This document shows positions 52,081 through 64,000 of a DNA stretch of 64,000 nt, in pieces; within the stretch, counting starts at the first letter, position 1, and each line of letters opens with the position of its first letter. The stretch is from Oopsacas minuta (lineage: Eukaryota; Animalia; Porifera). A model generated the notes under the pieces. That model saw nothing but the letters and a program-made list of their open reading frames with translations, did not search any database and was not told the origin of the DNA. Position numbers and translations under genes: made by a program. The stretch covers positions 1 to 64,000 of the forward strand of contig JAKMXF010000177.1 of NCBI GenBank assembly GCA_024704765.1. The letters are read 5' to 3'.

Positions 52081-53346
52081 TACATGTAGGTCAATATTAA
52101 CACAACTCAGAAGACCTGTTCAACAGTCACGATGTACCGCATTAAGCATATATTTAATTTCATAAATATAACATTGTGAAAAATGCTCAATAAAGTTCTG
52201 TATTTATTCAAACCAAGATTTAGCATTCGGAGTATTATTGTGATAGGAAGAATGTAAATAATATATAATTAAAAATTTGTGAGGTAAAATCTTGAGGTTT
52301 CCCTGGTTCAACACTTATTTTTCTATATTTATACTTATTTTCACGAAAACAAGTAAATCTCAAAGTATTGATCACTTTATCATAAACACAAAAATAAACG
52401 TAACTTCATATTTATCCTAGTGGTATCTAAAGAAATGTCCATTTTATTAGAGGCAAATAGGCAAATTATAGTGCAATTTTGAATTATCAAACATAGTAAG
52501 ATGTTTAACAAATTGGACCTGATTGGTAATGTTCAGAATTGATAGAAAACACAACATGTGATAATTTTAACATTTTGACACCTTTTTAGAGATTAACAAC
52601 CTGGAGTCCATGAACGACGGTAGGGGCCCACAGATCTATTGCAGTTTATGGGTCTACAGAAAGTGTTAAAATTGGTATAGAGGATCCATGGGTGAAAACT
52701 TTGGGAAAGCGGACTTAGATCTTAGGGATTGTTGCCAAAATTGTCATATTCGAGTCAAAGGCAAATTTCTAATATCTAGCAATTAAAAGTTCCTCAATCA
52801 ATCTCGGGCAATAGAGCCCATCGAGTTTGAAAATATATTATTATCTGGCAATTTCAGACTTTGGATGCAACGAATTAATATTTGCACCGCAAATATATGT
52901 TCATTAATATTCTTAAGTATTTCCAATGAGTTTTCTTATAAGAACATAATTTGGATGCAAACAATCCGAATCACAAATAGAAAGATAGCAAACAGAAATC
53001 TCATATTGTTCATAGAAAATCTGGAGAAGCTCAGGTGCAAGCCAGACATTAATCCAAACAGAAATTCTGACCCAAGTGAGAATAGTGAAAAATAACCCAA
53101 AACACCAATTTAACTCACAGAACTATAGTACTGGCAAACAATAAATTATCCATTGTATATCGTGGAAATACGACTAATATTTGAATAAACATACGATAAT
53201 TTATTGAAGGAACTATTAGACTATGTCAGTTTACTTAGTGCTAACTAAATCTAAGAATATTTTTCGAATTACATATTTCCCAGCTTGAATTTACTCAATA
53301 AATAGATAATGAGCAAGGATATATTCTATCCAAATTGTAGACAGCA

Positions 53347-53772
53347 CTAATGAGATGGAGCAATTCTGATAGCATATTCGCAATCTACTGGTGTGTATTA
53401 CCCCAGTATTAATTTATGAACTGATTAAAGCATATATTGTTGATTTATTGGCATTTTTATATTTGTGCCACAAGTGGTAGAGGGGCACACCACTAGAATA
53501 TTGGCACAAAAATGAAATACTATATAAAATCATTTGAGACTCTTTAAACAGATTTGGACATATTTGTTAGCTGGAAATAAGTCGATTTTTGAAACATGAA
53601 AATAAACAAACGAAGTGGTAGGCACATATTCGCACTTCTGCCACTTGTGGCACAAATATGAAGATGCTAATAAATCAACGAGATTTTCCCCAAACAGATC
53701 GAAATATCCATTTTGGGGTAATACACACTGGTAGAATTCGAATATGCTATCAGAATTGCTCAATCTAATTAG
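53347..53772. repeat. Foldback/MITE with about 58-bp terminal inverted repeats and an inner inverted repeat
   Basis: CTAATGAGATGGAGCAATTCTGATAGCATATTCG..GTGTGTATTACCCCA mirrored at 53718-53772. Inner ATTTGTGCCACAAGTGG pair. Confidence 0.85.
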
Positions 53773-55179
53773 AATTTTATAAATTAGGAGTAGAAATTAA
53801 TTTTAGCTTATTATTTATTTAATGAGTAAAGTCGGGCTAGAAAATAGGTAACTCGAAAAGTATTCACCAGTTTTGTCAGGATCATGTTAACTATCCTAGT
53901 CAAATTGTTCTTTTAGGGATATGATCGTATACCATTCAAATATTCAACATATTTCAAGGATTTACAATTATATATATTGTGGTGTCGAAATACTTGTGTT
54001 CGATTAGTGCGTATAGTTTAGAATCGACGAATAAAGAATAAAATAATCGTTCATTGCATGGAAAGTGGTTGCATATTATTAATATCATTCCTTATCTGCT
54101 TCATTGCCAACATTTAGCTATGCGAGTGGATCACACCGAACGATATGTGTCCACAAGCCTAAAATGTTTCAGTATTGACGAGGTGTTTTACAATATACAA
54201 GGCCTGGAATACAATGGGTGGGTATCTAGCTACGAATATGAGAGAATTAAGAGGAGAAATATATCTAGCAACATTGGTTAAACCTTCATTTCATACAGTA
54301 TATGAATACCGGATTATTCAACAATTATGGGATATAACGCACATAATGTATAAGCCATATAAATATTCATGAAAATTTGATTTAACATTTGATTATTAGT
54401 TGATAGCTACATTCAATCTCGTCGTAAAGGGGTTAGTTAGAAATCAGCCAGTTTTGTATTCGGTTGAATAATCAGCTTCATATCTACCATGCCAGATCAT
54501 AAGGAATTAAAGATCAGAGTGACGTAATATTAGGATGATATAACATGTATTCCCCATATTTCATAAGATTCCCGTCCAATCAATTAGCTTTCATCAATAC
54601 ATACACATGAGCCAAATGCGGCACAGCTTAAAAATGATAATAGTATGAATATCATACGAGCAAACGCATGGAAAATGAAGCACATAAGTACAGTGGAGTC
54701 TCCAAATTACAGACACTATGGGGATTGAATTTTGTCCTTGGTTGGTGAGATGTCCGCTTCTGATAGACTAATTAAGGATTATTTGCTGTATTAGCAACAT
54801 ATTTCGTTCCACGAGCTTGTCGATTGTAGAAGTGTTATCGGCTTTTCGTAGTGTCCGTTTGGGGATACAATTACGTATATAATATGTGTATATATGTTTG
54901 CATCCCATAATTGATTGAAGAAACTGGAGGACCCACAGAAGCCTATTAAATGGAATTGGGATGGACCATGGAAAAGAAATATTCATTTCTACAAAAGACA
55001 GTAGAAGGAACGTAGTGATAAGTATATCCCGTCGTGTAGCTACCAAAAGCATCAAGAAATGTAGCTGTTTAATACTTAAGGTAATCTGAAGAACTGAGCT
55101 GTTGAACAGCACAAAGAACCTATGTAGATTAGTTGAGCAGTAGTTACGTAATTACCATCATTCTAACATAATGTATTTA

Positions 55180-56275
55180 CATGGTGGCCAATAAGTTCTG
55201 CCCCATAACTTCATATAGTAATATATTATATGTAACCATGATAAATAGGTAGCTTTGGTATTCAATTCATTGATTTTAAGTCTTAGGATCGCAAGTCAAC
55301 AGAATAGTATAGCATTTAGTACATAGCAACAAATTTGGTGGCAATGGAAAGCAAACGATCAGCAATAATTGAATTATTCAAAAATGGGAAAAATCAAAAG
55401 GAAATCATGAGAATACTAAATATTCCAGAAACAAGAAGAAAGTTGATATTTCGTACTATAAAACGATTCAACGAGACTGGTAGCATTAGAGACAATCCTA
55501 GAAGTGGTCGCCCAGTGTCAGTTACGACTGTACGGATGAAAAAGACAGTCAGGAGTCGGGTATGGCGAAATCCTCAGCGATCAGTAAGAAAAATGGTCAA
55601 AGAACTAAAAATATCTCGTGGATCGCTTCAAAATATTGTAAGAAGAGACTTAGGGTTATCTTCATTTTAAGCGGAGAAAAGTTCACTTCATTACTGATCA
55701 AATAAAAATGAAGAGGCTGTCAAGAAGCAAAGGATTCCTTTCTCGATTCGCCACTCAAGGCCTAGATCGAGTACTTTTTTCTGACGAGAAACTCTTTACT
55801 GTGGAGGATGCATCAAATCGTCTGAATGAGAGAATTTTGTCGACATGTACCGCTGTCATCCCTGAGAAATACAGATTTGTCAAGCGAATCCAGAAACGAC
55901 TCTCGGTGATGGTTTGGGCGGGAATATCCTCTGTTGGTCGGACACCGCTTGTTTTCGTCCCATCTGGTGTAAAAATCAACGCTGCAACATACAAGGAACT
56001 CATTCTAGAACCATTAGTGAAAGACCTTGGCAAGACAATGTTTGAAAATAGTTTATTTGTGTTTCAACAGGACGATGCGCCTGCTCACACTGCAAAAAGC
56101 ACTCAGGAGTGGCTTGGTGCGAATATTCCCCACTTAATCACGAAGGTAGAATGGCCTCCCTCTAGTCCAGACCTAAACCCTTGGATTTCTCTCTTTGGTC
56201 AATTTTGGAGTCAAGAGCCTGCTCGAAGTCTCATGCGAATATCGAATCATTAAAGTGATCTTTGAAGCAAGATCA
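55180..56275 (+). mobile_element. Tc1-like element lacking its 3' end
   Basis: TA|CATGGTGGCCAATAAG terminus. ORFs 55335-55670 and 55708-56253 with FSDEK, QQDDAPAH and WPPSSPDLNP. Confidence 0.85.
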
Positions 56276-57314
56276 GGTGACTGAGCAGGCGAATACATAA
56301 CCTCTATTTTTTGCTCACCAAACCATTGCTTAATACCCTTTGACCTATGGCTTGGGGGTTGTCTTGCTGAAAGGTCCATCCAGAATGTAGAGAATGCAAA
56401 TCAACACCTGGGATTAGTGCATTTTCCAATATATCAATGTAGGAATTTGTCTTGAGGTTCCCAGATACTTTCAACAAGAGTCCTACGCCACTCCAGCAAA
56501 ATCATCCCAAACGATGATGCCACCTCCACCAAACTTGCAAGTTTTTAAAGACAGCTCTTTGAGAACTCCTCCCCTTTCATCCTCCTGACGAAGGCTCTCC
56601 CATCATTAGTATACAGAAGGAACCTAGATTCGTCACTGAACACAACTCTTGCCCATTCTTCAGTATTCCAATTCTTGTGCGATCTTGCGAAGGAAAGTCA
56701 GTCTCTTTTGTGCTTGGTAGTAAGGCGGGGCTTCCTTCACGGTGTTCGTCGGAACAGTCCAGCCCCTCGTAACCTTCTCTGAACTGTTGAAGTGGAAAGT
56801 TTTATCGAATATCTGATAACACTTCAGCTTTGATCTGAGTAGCAGCCTTAAATCGATCCTTTTTGCATTTTCTGACCAATAAATTGTCTTGCCTTTTGGT
56901 TGTGACACGAGGCCTACCCGGAATAGCGAGGTCTCTTACCGTGACAGTGAGCCTGTGTTTCTTAAGGATCTCGGCTACACTTTTTGACCACACCCAATCA
57001 TTTTAGCTACCTCCCTCTGAGTATGGCCACTTTCTGAAAGTAGTATCAGGTTGGCTCGATTTTCAATAGAAATTCGGGGTTTAGAAGGCATTGAAAATTC
57101 GATAAAAACAGATAAATTGGAAAAAAAGAATAGGAAATAAAAACTGTAAGTAGTCAAATATAATGAGTGGATTAGCTGTGTTGGTGTGTTACTTGTAAAA
57201 ATACATATGGCTGAGTATGGTTTCGCAAGAATTCAACTATCTGGTCAGTGTATATAAATTAACATTTGCTATACTGTATACATTCATTTTAAGCAATTCT
57301 TTTGACCGGCAATG
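56276..57314 (-). mobile_element. Second Tc1-like element lacking its 3' end, joined tail-to-tail with the previous one
   Basis: TA|CATTGCCGGTCAAAAG terminus at 57314. Motifs GRPRVTT, FSDES, FQQDNP and SPAQSPDL. Confidence 0.8.
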
Positions 57315-58403
57315 TATAAGCATTATTATATACACCATATAAATGATATGACCAAACTGTTGCATCTAGCATTGGTGAAATCTATAACCAGAGGATGGTG
57401 TTTATAGGGAAGATAAAAAGTTAACTGCAATATATACCTTGTGAATTGGAAATCTCTTATGTCATAAGAATCATAGCCACAATATTTCAAATATCATAGT
57501 TGGGCTGAAGTGTCAACTTATTTCCCCAGCAAGTTATCAATATCTACAATAACTCGAAGCGTTTGCTATTCCTCCATCACCATCCAACACTCAAGCATCT
57601 ATATTCCAAAATTGGCTTGGATAATGAATTTCGTTCGTCTTAGGAGAGTTCTAGGTCACAATTTAACCAAAGAGAAAGAAATTCAAAAGAACGAAATTCA
57701 TGTTAAATCAGAATTAGCCTATAAAGGAAGAAAGGTATTTAGATCATCTCTAAATACCACTGAACCTGCAAAGAGAATATTGGCTCTTATGGTTACCAAT
57801 ATATCTAAGAAGTAGTCCACATTCTTGTTTAACATTAACCCCAATAGTAAACCATCTTACACAGAACTGTAACTTTTCATATTTCCTTACTTCTTTTGCA
57901 AAATGACCTCCTGGGCATCATTTTGGAGTATACAAAATGATGGCAGGTGGTAAAATACCATATTACCTCATGTCAGATCCTCGAAAGCGAGTAGTGCATA
58001 AAGTTATCTAGTATCCTAAAAGTTTTTCAAATCAAGATGCAGTACATCATTTATCACTTAAAGATTTCAATGATTCCTCCAAAACTTCAACAGAACCTGC
58101 TAATACTCTTAACAAGGAACATTTTCTATCATCTATGCCAGAATAGTCGGTTATTAAAGTCTCAAATTCAACTCAACAGGCACTGATGTTAATTGCTGGA
58201 TATACAGTTTATTGTAACTTCAAGAATTCTACATGTTTGCAAAATTGCTTATCTTTCTTTACAGAAAACAAAGAGATGGAAATTGAAGCATCACAAGAAT
58301 CAATCTATAAGCTGTTGTAAGTTATAGATCGTGGTGGATTGAAATGGTCATCTGGTATTGTAATCAATGTCCTAGTTTGCTGGTGGAAATTTTCACTCAG
58401 ATC

Positions 58404-61400
58404 CAGTGGCGTAGCCAGGCCTTGAGCTCAACTTGGGCACACCTGGGGCACTAATTCACTTTTAGTTCTTGGCGGTACAAGTCATTCAAACAATCAACTA
58501 TGATAATAATAGTGTATATTATATAATAAGTAATTTCTAGCAATTTACAAACTATTATATCCTGCGATTCTTGCGCTGATAAGTAAACCGGTCCACAACC
58601 ACTTCTAATGGAAGACTAGAGCAATATCGCTTTATATAGACTAAATGGCTAGATTATTAAGCCTTAATTGGCTCATGGTTGAGCGCAGATAAGTCTTCGT
58701 TCGTTTGAGAGAGGAAAATGAACGCTCACAAGCTGCACTACTAACAGCAATAGTTAACTCTATGTCTAGTAACCGTAACGACTCTGGAAAGGCTGCCTTC
58801 AGTGATCTTGGTTTCTCAATAACGTCATGAATATCTTCCATGTGTTGGTTTCTCAGAACTTTCTTTGCCTGCATCAACTCAATTTGTACATCTTCCTCCG
58901 AAACTTTGGAATTTACAAGCATAAGCTCGATCGTGGCAAAGTCAAAAAATTCTTAGACTTGGGAGAGCAAGCTGAAATTCCTTTCATCACAACTTTGATT
59001 CGTTATTTAAACGCTTGTTTAATTCATCTATCATGCAATCAAGTACACGATAATAGATGCCAACGCAGTATTGATCTTCAGTTGAAAGCTCTTCTCGATG
59101 TCCAACTGTAGTAGTGAGTAAGGCAACACACAGTTTAGCAGGTAATTTGTGGTTTCTTTTTCGTGGTAAACTGTTTATTTCGATGTGGTGATCATCTGCA
59201 ACCGTTAGAGCTTCATTTCAAATTTATTTCCACTGTTTCTCTGATCTATAAGTCTGAAGAGTTTCAATGGTTGCTCAATTAATGACATTGCAGCACTAAA
59301 ATCAAGGTCAGGATCCTGAAGTATCTTTGATAAAGCGTTCGTCATACTGAAAAGCTGGTTGGGTATCACTAAGCATAATACGAATGTAAATTCGAATATC
59401 TGAAGAAAAAGTCCTTTTGCCTCTATTGCTCGATCTCGCTGCACACCATCAGAAATGGATCGAGGAGTAGTTAATACGGCTCCAAAAGTCTCTTTGAAGT
59501 CTTAATCGCCTCAAAACGACATGCAAAACGTGTTTCAATTAGGCGTTTGAGCCAGCGTGGCTGTTTCTCTGGCCTTTGTTCGCTTGAACCTTCTCGAAAA
59601 GGGCATTAAATTTCCCAGAGGATAGGAATAAATACACTGCTTCCATCAACGAGAAGAAGTCCTATGCCATAGGTACACCCTTTATAGAGTCGAGAAGAAC
59701 AAGGTCCAAGCGATGTGCACAGCAATGAATATATAGGGCCATTGGAGCAGATACTCGAAATCAAGCCTGGACACCTGAACACCTGCCACTCATAACAGAT
59801 GCTCCGTCGTAGCACTGATACACACAGTTTTCTGGAAATAGGTTGCAGCTCTGAATCACATAATAAATATACTTATAGAGTGATTCTGTATCCATTTGTT
59901 CTGCAAAAGTATACCCAACAAAACGCCCATAAACGCTACCATTGTTAACATAGCGTAAGACAATTGAAAGTTGCTCCTTTCGACTGATATCTCTGGTTTT
60001 ATCTACGAGCAACGAGTAAATACCGGCCTTTTGAACCTCATTGGGTATAGTCTGCAAAACCATATCGCCCATTACACCCAGAAGCTCGTTTTGAATTTCA
60101 GGTGAAGTGTACTTTGCATTCTGTGGACCTTCTTTGATACGTTTCCCCACTATCTGATTATGATTACCAATAAAAGTCAGTAATGATCTAAAGTTTCCAG
60201 GATTCAAAGACTCTCCGGTCTCATCATGTCTCCTCAGTGCTATTTCTTGCTTTACGTATAGAAGGATAATCTCCGCAATGGTTTTGGCATAGTGACGGTT
60301 TTCCTTTATCACATTCTTTCCGATTTTGTCTAGACTACGAGCTATTGTTGTTCTATGCTGAATGTTGACCTTGTATCTCCCCAAGTATGGACAGCCTCCA
60401 CATGTGCCATACTCTTTCTGTGCTCAATGAATCTTCCTTTTTGACCAGTAGCATGTTTCCAGTCCCTAAAACGAACTTGTGTGAAGGTGCATCTGGCCGA
60501 TTCAAGCAACTGGAATACCATCGACATGGGAAGCAATAAGCTGCATCTCGGTACAGAATATTCAAGCCAAGAGTAGGTCTTATGCCAATCTGGATTAAAT
60601 GAGCGGAGTTTTTCTCCAAACTTAGTTGTAGGGAATTTAATACAAGGTTGCTTTGGTATATCAGATAAGTACAGCACAATATCTATAGTGATACATATTC
60701 GAAATGTAAATAGGCATATGATTAATATATGTACATAGAGGGTTTCTATGATATCTCAACATGACATTCCTCAGTTGTATCTGTGGAGATAGTGCCGCTC
60801 TCAAACCTTCGCTCTGCACTGCTCGCTGTTGGTGGATCATGTAACTTTGCTTGACTATTCATACATTAGTCCCACTGGATGAAGTCATTTCAGTTTGATC
60901 AACTCGTAGTTGTGACTCAGTCAACTGAATTTCTTCCTCTAATGTCCTTGAGGATTCCTTGTTCTCGTTCTCCTTAGGTAGAGGCTCTGTGCACTATAAA
61001 CTAGTCAAGGAAATCCTCTTGGCCATTTGGATGATCTAGTTGTAATTACTAAAGAGAATGTAAACTAAGCGATACTGAATATCTGAACATGCCCACTGGC
61101 CCCAGTTCCTATCTCATTACTAGGTTGTCCAAAAGGTTCGCAGAATTTTATCCCTAGTTTGTGTTATAAACACTCGATCAATTAGCCTATTGTTTCGATT
61201 AATTCTAATATCCCTTATCTCAATTATCCTAACTTTTGTAATCAAAAAGTTTGGTTTAGGTATTCTTTTAGCATCATTTACGATTGTCGTATTTTTTTCT
61301 AAAATGGAAAACTCAGAAGATGGGAAACGATATATCATTTGGTTTCTCTGGAAACAAAATAAAAGTGGAAGTGAGATTCTCTACGAGATGGAAAAGGTTT

Positions 61401-62778
61401 ATGGTAGTAAATGCCCTGGTAAATCGATGGTTTACAAATGGATTGACAGATTTAATGATGGGCATTCAACTGTTGATGATAACCCAAGACCTGGTCGTCC
61501 GAAACATGTTCCAACCAAGAAAATATCAAAATTATATCAAACATTCTGATAAAGATAGACGTGTGACTCTGCGGCAGTTAGAGGAAGAATTGGGGATGTC
61601 AAAATCAATACTTGATAAGATTCTAACTGAACAATTGGGAATGTCGAGAGTTCTTTCTCGTTGGGTTCCCAAATTGTTATCTGAATCTCAAAGGATTGAA
61701 AGGGTTCGTGTTTGTCGCCAGCTCTTACGGATTTCTAAGAAGGAGCCAAGGTTCTTTGATCGTTTAGTCACAGGGGACGAGACTTGGTTACATTTTTATG
61801 AGCCTAAGACAAGTTTACAGACTAGTCAATGGAAGCGTAGGCATGAAGCAACTCCTATTAGACCCAGAGCCGTCGCATCAGCAGGTAAACGGATGGCAAC
61901 AGTTTTTTGGGACACAAAGTGAATAATCATGATTGATTGGTTACCTAACAAAGTAACAATAAATACTGAATACTATGTTCAAGTTCTGAAGAAATTGCGC
62001 GAAGCTATCAAGTCTAAGATGCGTGACAAGTTGAGTTCTCATGTTTTGCTTCAGCATGATAATGCTCCAGCCCATACCAGCAGGCGAACTTTGGATGAAA
62101 TTCAACATTTAGCGTTCGAATTACTCCCATATCCCCCGTACAGCCCAGATCTAGCGCCCAGCAACTACTGGCTTTTTTCAGAAATGAAAAGACCACTTAG
62201 AGGTAAACGTTTCAGCGATTTTGAGCACCTTAGGTCCGCTGTAAATTCATGGATTCAAGGTACCCCTGAAAAATTCTTCACCACAGGAATAAATAAACTC
62301 CCATCAAAATGGAAGAAATCTATTGAGGTAAAGGGTGAATTTATTGAAAACTATGAACAATAATTAGTTGAGCATGATCATTGATAAATAAAATATATTT
62401 GCAATTCCACGAACTTTTTGGACAACCTGGTACATAGTTGTCAATCTTTAGCGAGCTTCGATTATCGGAACTTTTGGACTTGTTCTAACGAGTCCGATAA
62501 TCGAGGTTGCACTTATTTGAAAATAATAAAATGCACCCGAAAATATCAATCTATTGAGATTTTACAAAGCTATGGTTGAACAATAATAGGGCAGTAATGT
62601 AGCTGTATCCATTAGAAAAGAATATATTTGGATTCCCTCTTTAGGATGGATAAGCCCTTGCAGCAGCCCCTAAGATTGAAATAGTGAGGTCGTGGGCCCA
62701 CAATAGGTGCGACAACCGGGGCCTCAGCTGCGCTGACCGGGGCCTGGCCCCGGCTGGCCCCCCTTGGCCACGCCACTG
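58404..62778 (-). mobile_element. hAT transposon (ZMYM1-like) with a nested mariner
   Basis: TIR CAGTGGCGT(A/G)GCCA and 8-bp TSD CTCAGATC (58396-403, 62779-86). ORF fragments WLEYS..AAYCFPCR, NPGNFR, CYDGASVM and SSAACERSFS. Confidence 0.93.
61120..62430 (+). mobile_element. Mariner element with both TIRs and a frameshifted transposase
   Basis: TA|C(T/C)AGGTTGTCCAAAA(G/A)GTTCG at both ends. Motifs WVPKLL, VTGDETW, QHDNAPAH and YSPDLAP. Confidence 0.93.
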
Positions 62779-64000
62779 CTCAGATCGAACTTCAACCTCA
62801 ACTTTTTCAAGAACTTATTGAAGGACCATCTAGAAAATTTTAGTTAACTTAACACTAAGATTACTTCAAAATCAAGAAGGTGAATACCGCGAGAACAAGC
62901 GGCACAATTGTAATACAATTGGTTGGGATATATTAAATAAGATACTCACTACAGGCGCTTATAGTTTTCTCTCGAACAAAGTCAATAACCTGGATGGTCT
63001 ACATAAACTTGAGTTTGAGAATATTCGAAAATTGAAGAAAATAGTTTGTATGAAGCATCAGGAAAAGTACAGGGAACACGGGAAATCCGATTAAAATCTG
63101 GTATAGCCTCGGGCAGCCAAAGGCTGGAATATATTGTTCAACGGAATGATTCAATATTAGGTAACCACCAAATAATTCAGTACTAGGTATTAGGTTGGTC
63201 AAATCACATATTTGTATTATAACCATTATTCAGTTCGAGCGATTGCAACCTTGAAAATACGACACATGTCACATTCATTCTCTATATGCTTCAGAAAGTG
63301 GGATGAAGAAATTTAGTTGGATAGTAAGTTGCGTATGAAAAGTATTTAGTGGAAGCAGAAATGAAATATACGTTTAATGTGCAAACTTTCGAAATCGTAA
63401 ATTTGATATTTTGTCTCGACTGTTGGAGTAAAGTATACGTATATGTTGGATAGTATTGACATATACTCCAACATTCGGAGTATTCAGTGTTGGGCTTCAT
63501 TTTCTTTGTAAAATTATCGAGTATATGAATTCTTGCGACGAAGAAACAATTGATAATATATATTTGTAGAAAAATTATACCATGTAAAACAGATGTTTTT
63601 ACAATAATCTAGCACCCATCACCTTTTTCATTCAAATCGTTAGAGTTTAGCAATTTATAGTTTGGAGTACTTTGTCTCTAGATAGAGAAATGATTGGAAT
63701 TGTATTTCCCTTATGATTACCTAAAATATGGACTCGCCTTTGTCTAACCTTGTCGCTGTATATAGTTGACATAAAGATTTCAACGATTTAAAGTATGAAG
63801 TATATGTTAGTTAGTAAATTGTTTCAAACTAAGCAATAATGTGAAACATAGATAGAACCTGATAATAGGCGAATTTGCCAATAGTGAAATGTTATTTTTT
63901 GAAGAAATAAGACCGAAAATCCTTCAATGCAAAACATCATGAAATGATTCATAAAGCCCATTCAGAACAACCTAACCAGGTGTCCCAGGAATAATTGAGA

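Larger units (their letters stand above)
57600..63040 (+). mobile_element. Decayed, internally deleted P-element-like transposase split by the 58404-62778 hAT
   Basis: EIHVKSELAYKG..AKRILALMV and LIAGYTV..C..C..IDRGGLKW. The frame resumes after 62786 and ends ..ILNKI..NIRKLKK. Confidence 0.6.

Noticed and set aside
439-63500. Most short ORFs in the supplied track (60-150 aa, antisense to transposases or in AT-rich DNA)
   Set aside because: They are shadow ORFs of transposase genes or random open frames with no recognisable motifs.
50110-64000. Upstream Tubby exons
   Set aside because: No minus-strand segment with convincing Tubby-like sequence and splice sites was found. They may be short, divergent or outside the window.

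Overview
AT-rich animal genomic DNA, with spliceosomal introns and no operons, made almost entirely of nested and mostly decayed DNA transposons: Tc1/mariner, hAT, MULE, Chapaev3, Ginger-like and P-like. The species cannot be determined from the sequence; an invertebrate, possibly early-branching, is only a guess. The one clear host gene is a Tubby-family gene on the minus strand. Its two visible exons (50108-49653 and 20331-20080) are separated by a 29,321-bp transposon-filled intron. The main result is four divergent RAG1-like (Transib/RAGL-type) transposons: A 11133-17029, B 27730-30920, C 30921-33916 and D 38468-41390. They have RSS-heptamer termini (CACAGTG-type), 5-bp TSDs (A and D), an NBD-like domain, RAG1-type catalytic and Zn motifs, and no RAG2-like gene. 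All seven intact ends follow one asymmetric rule: heptamer + 14 nt + A(A/T)TAG at the 5' end and heptamer + 23 nt + A(A/T)TAG at the 3' end, which resembles the 12/23 rule. Also seen: a head-to-head B/C junction, a local inversion supported by an inverted TSD and two split ORFs, a 174-bp satellite continuous with a Tc1 3' end, and a Ginger-like element with a USP-like protease ORF.
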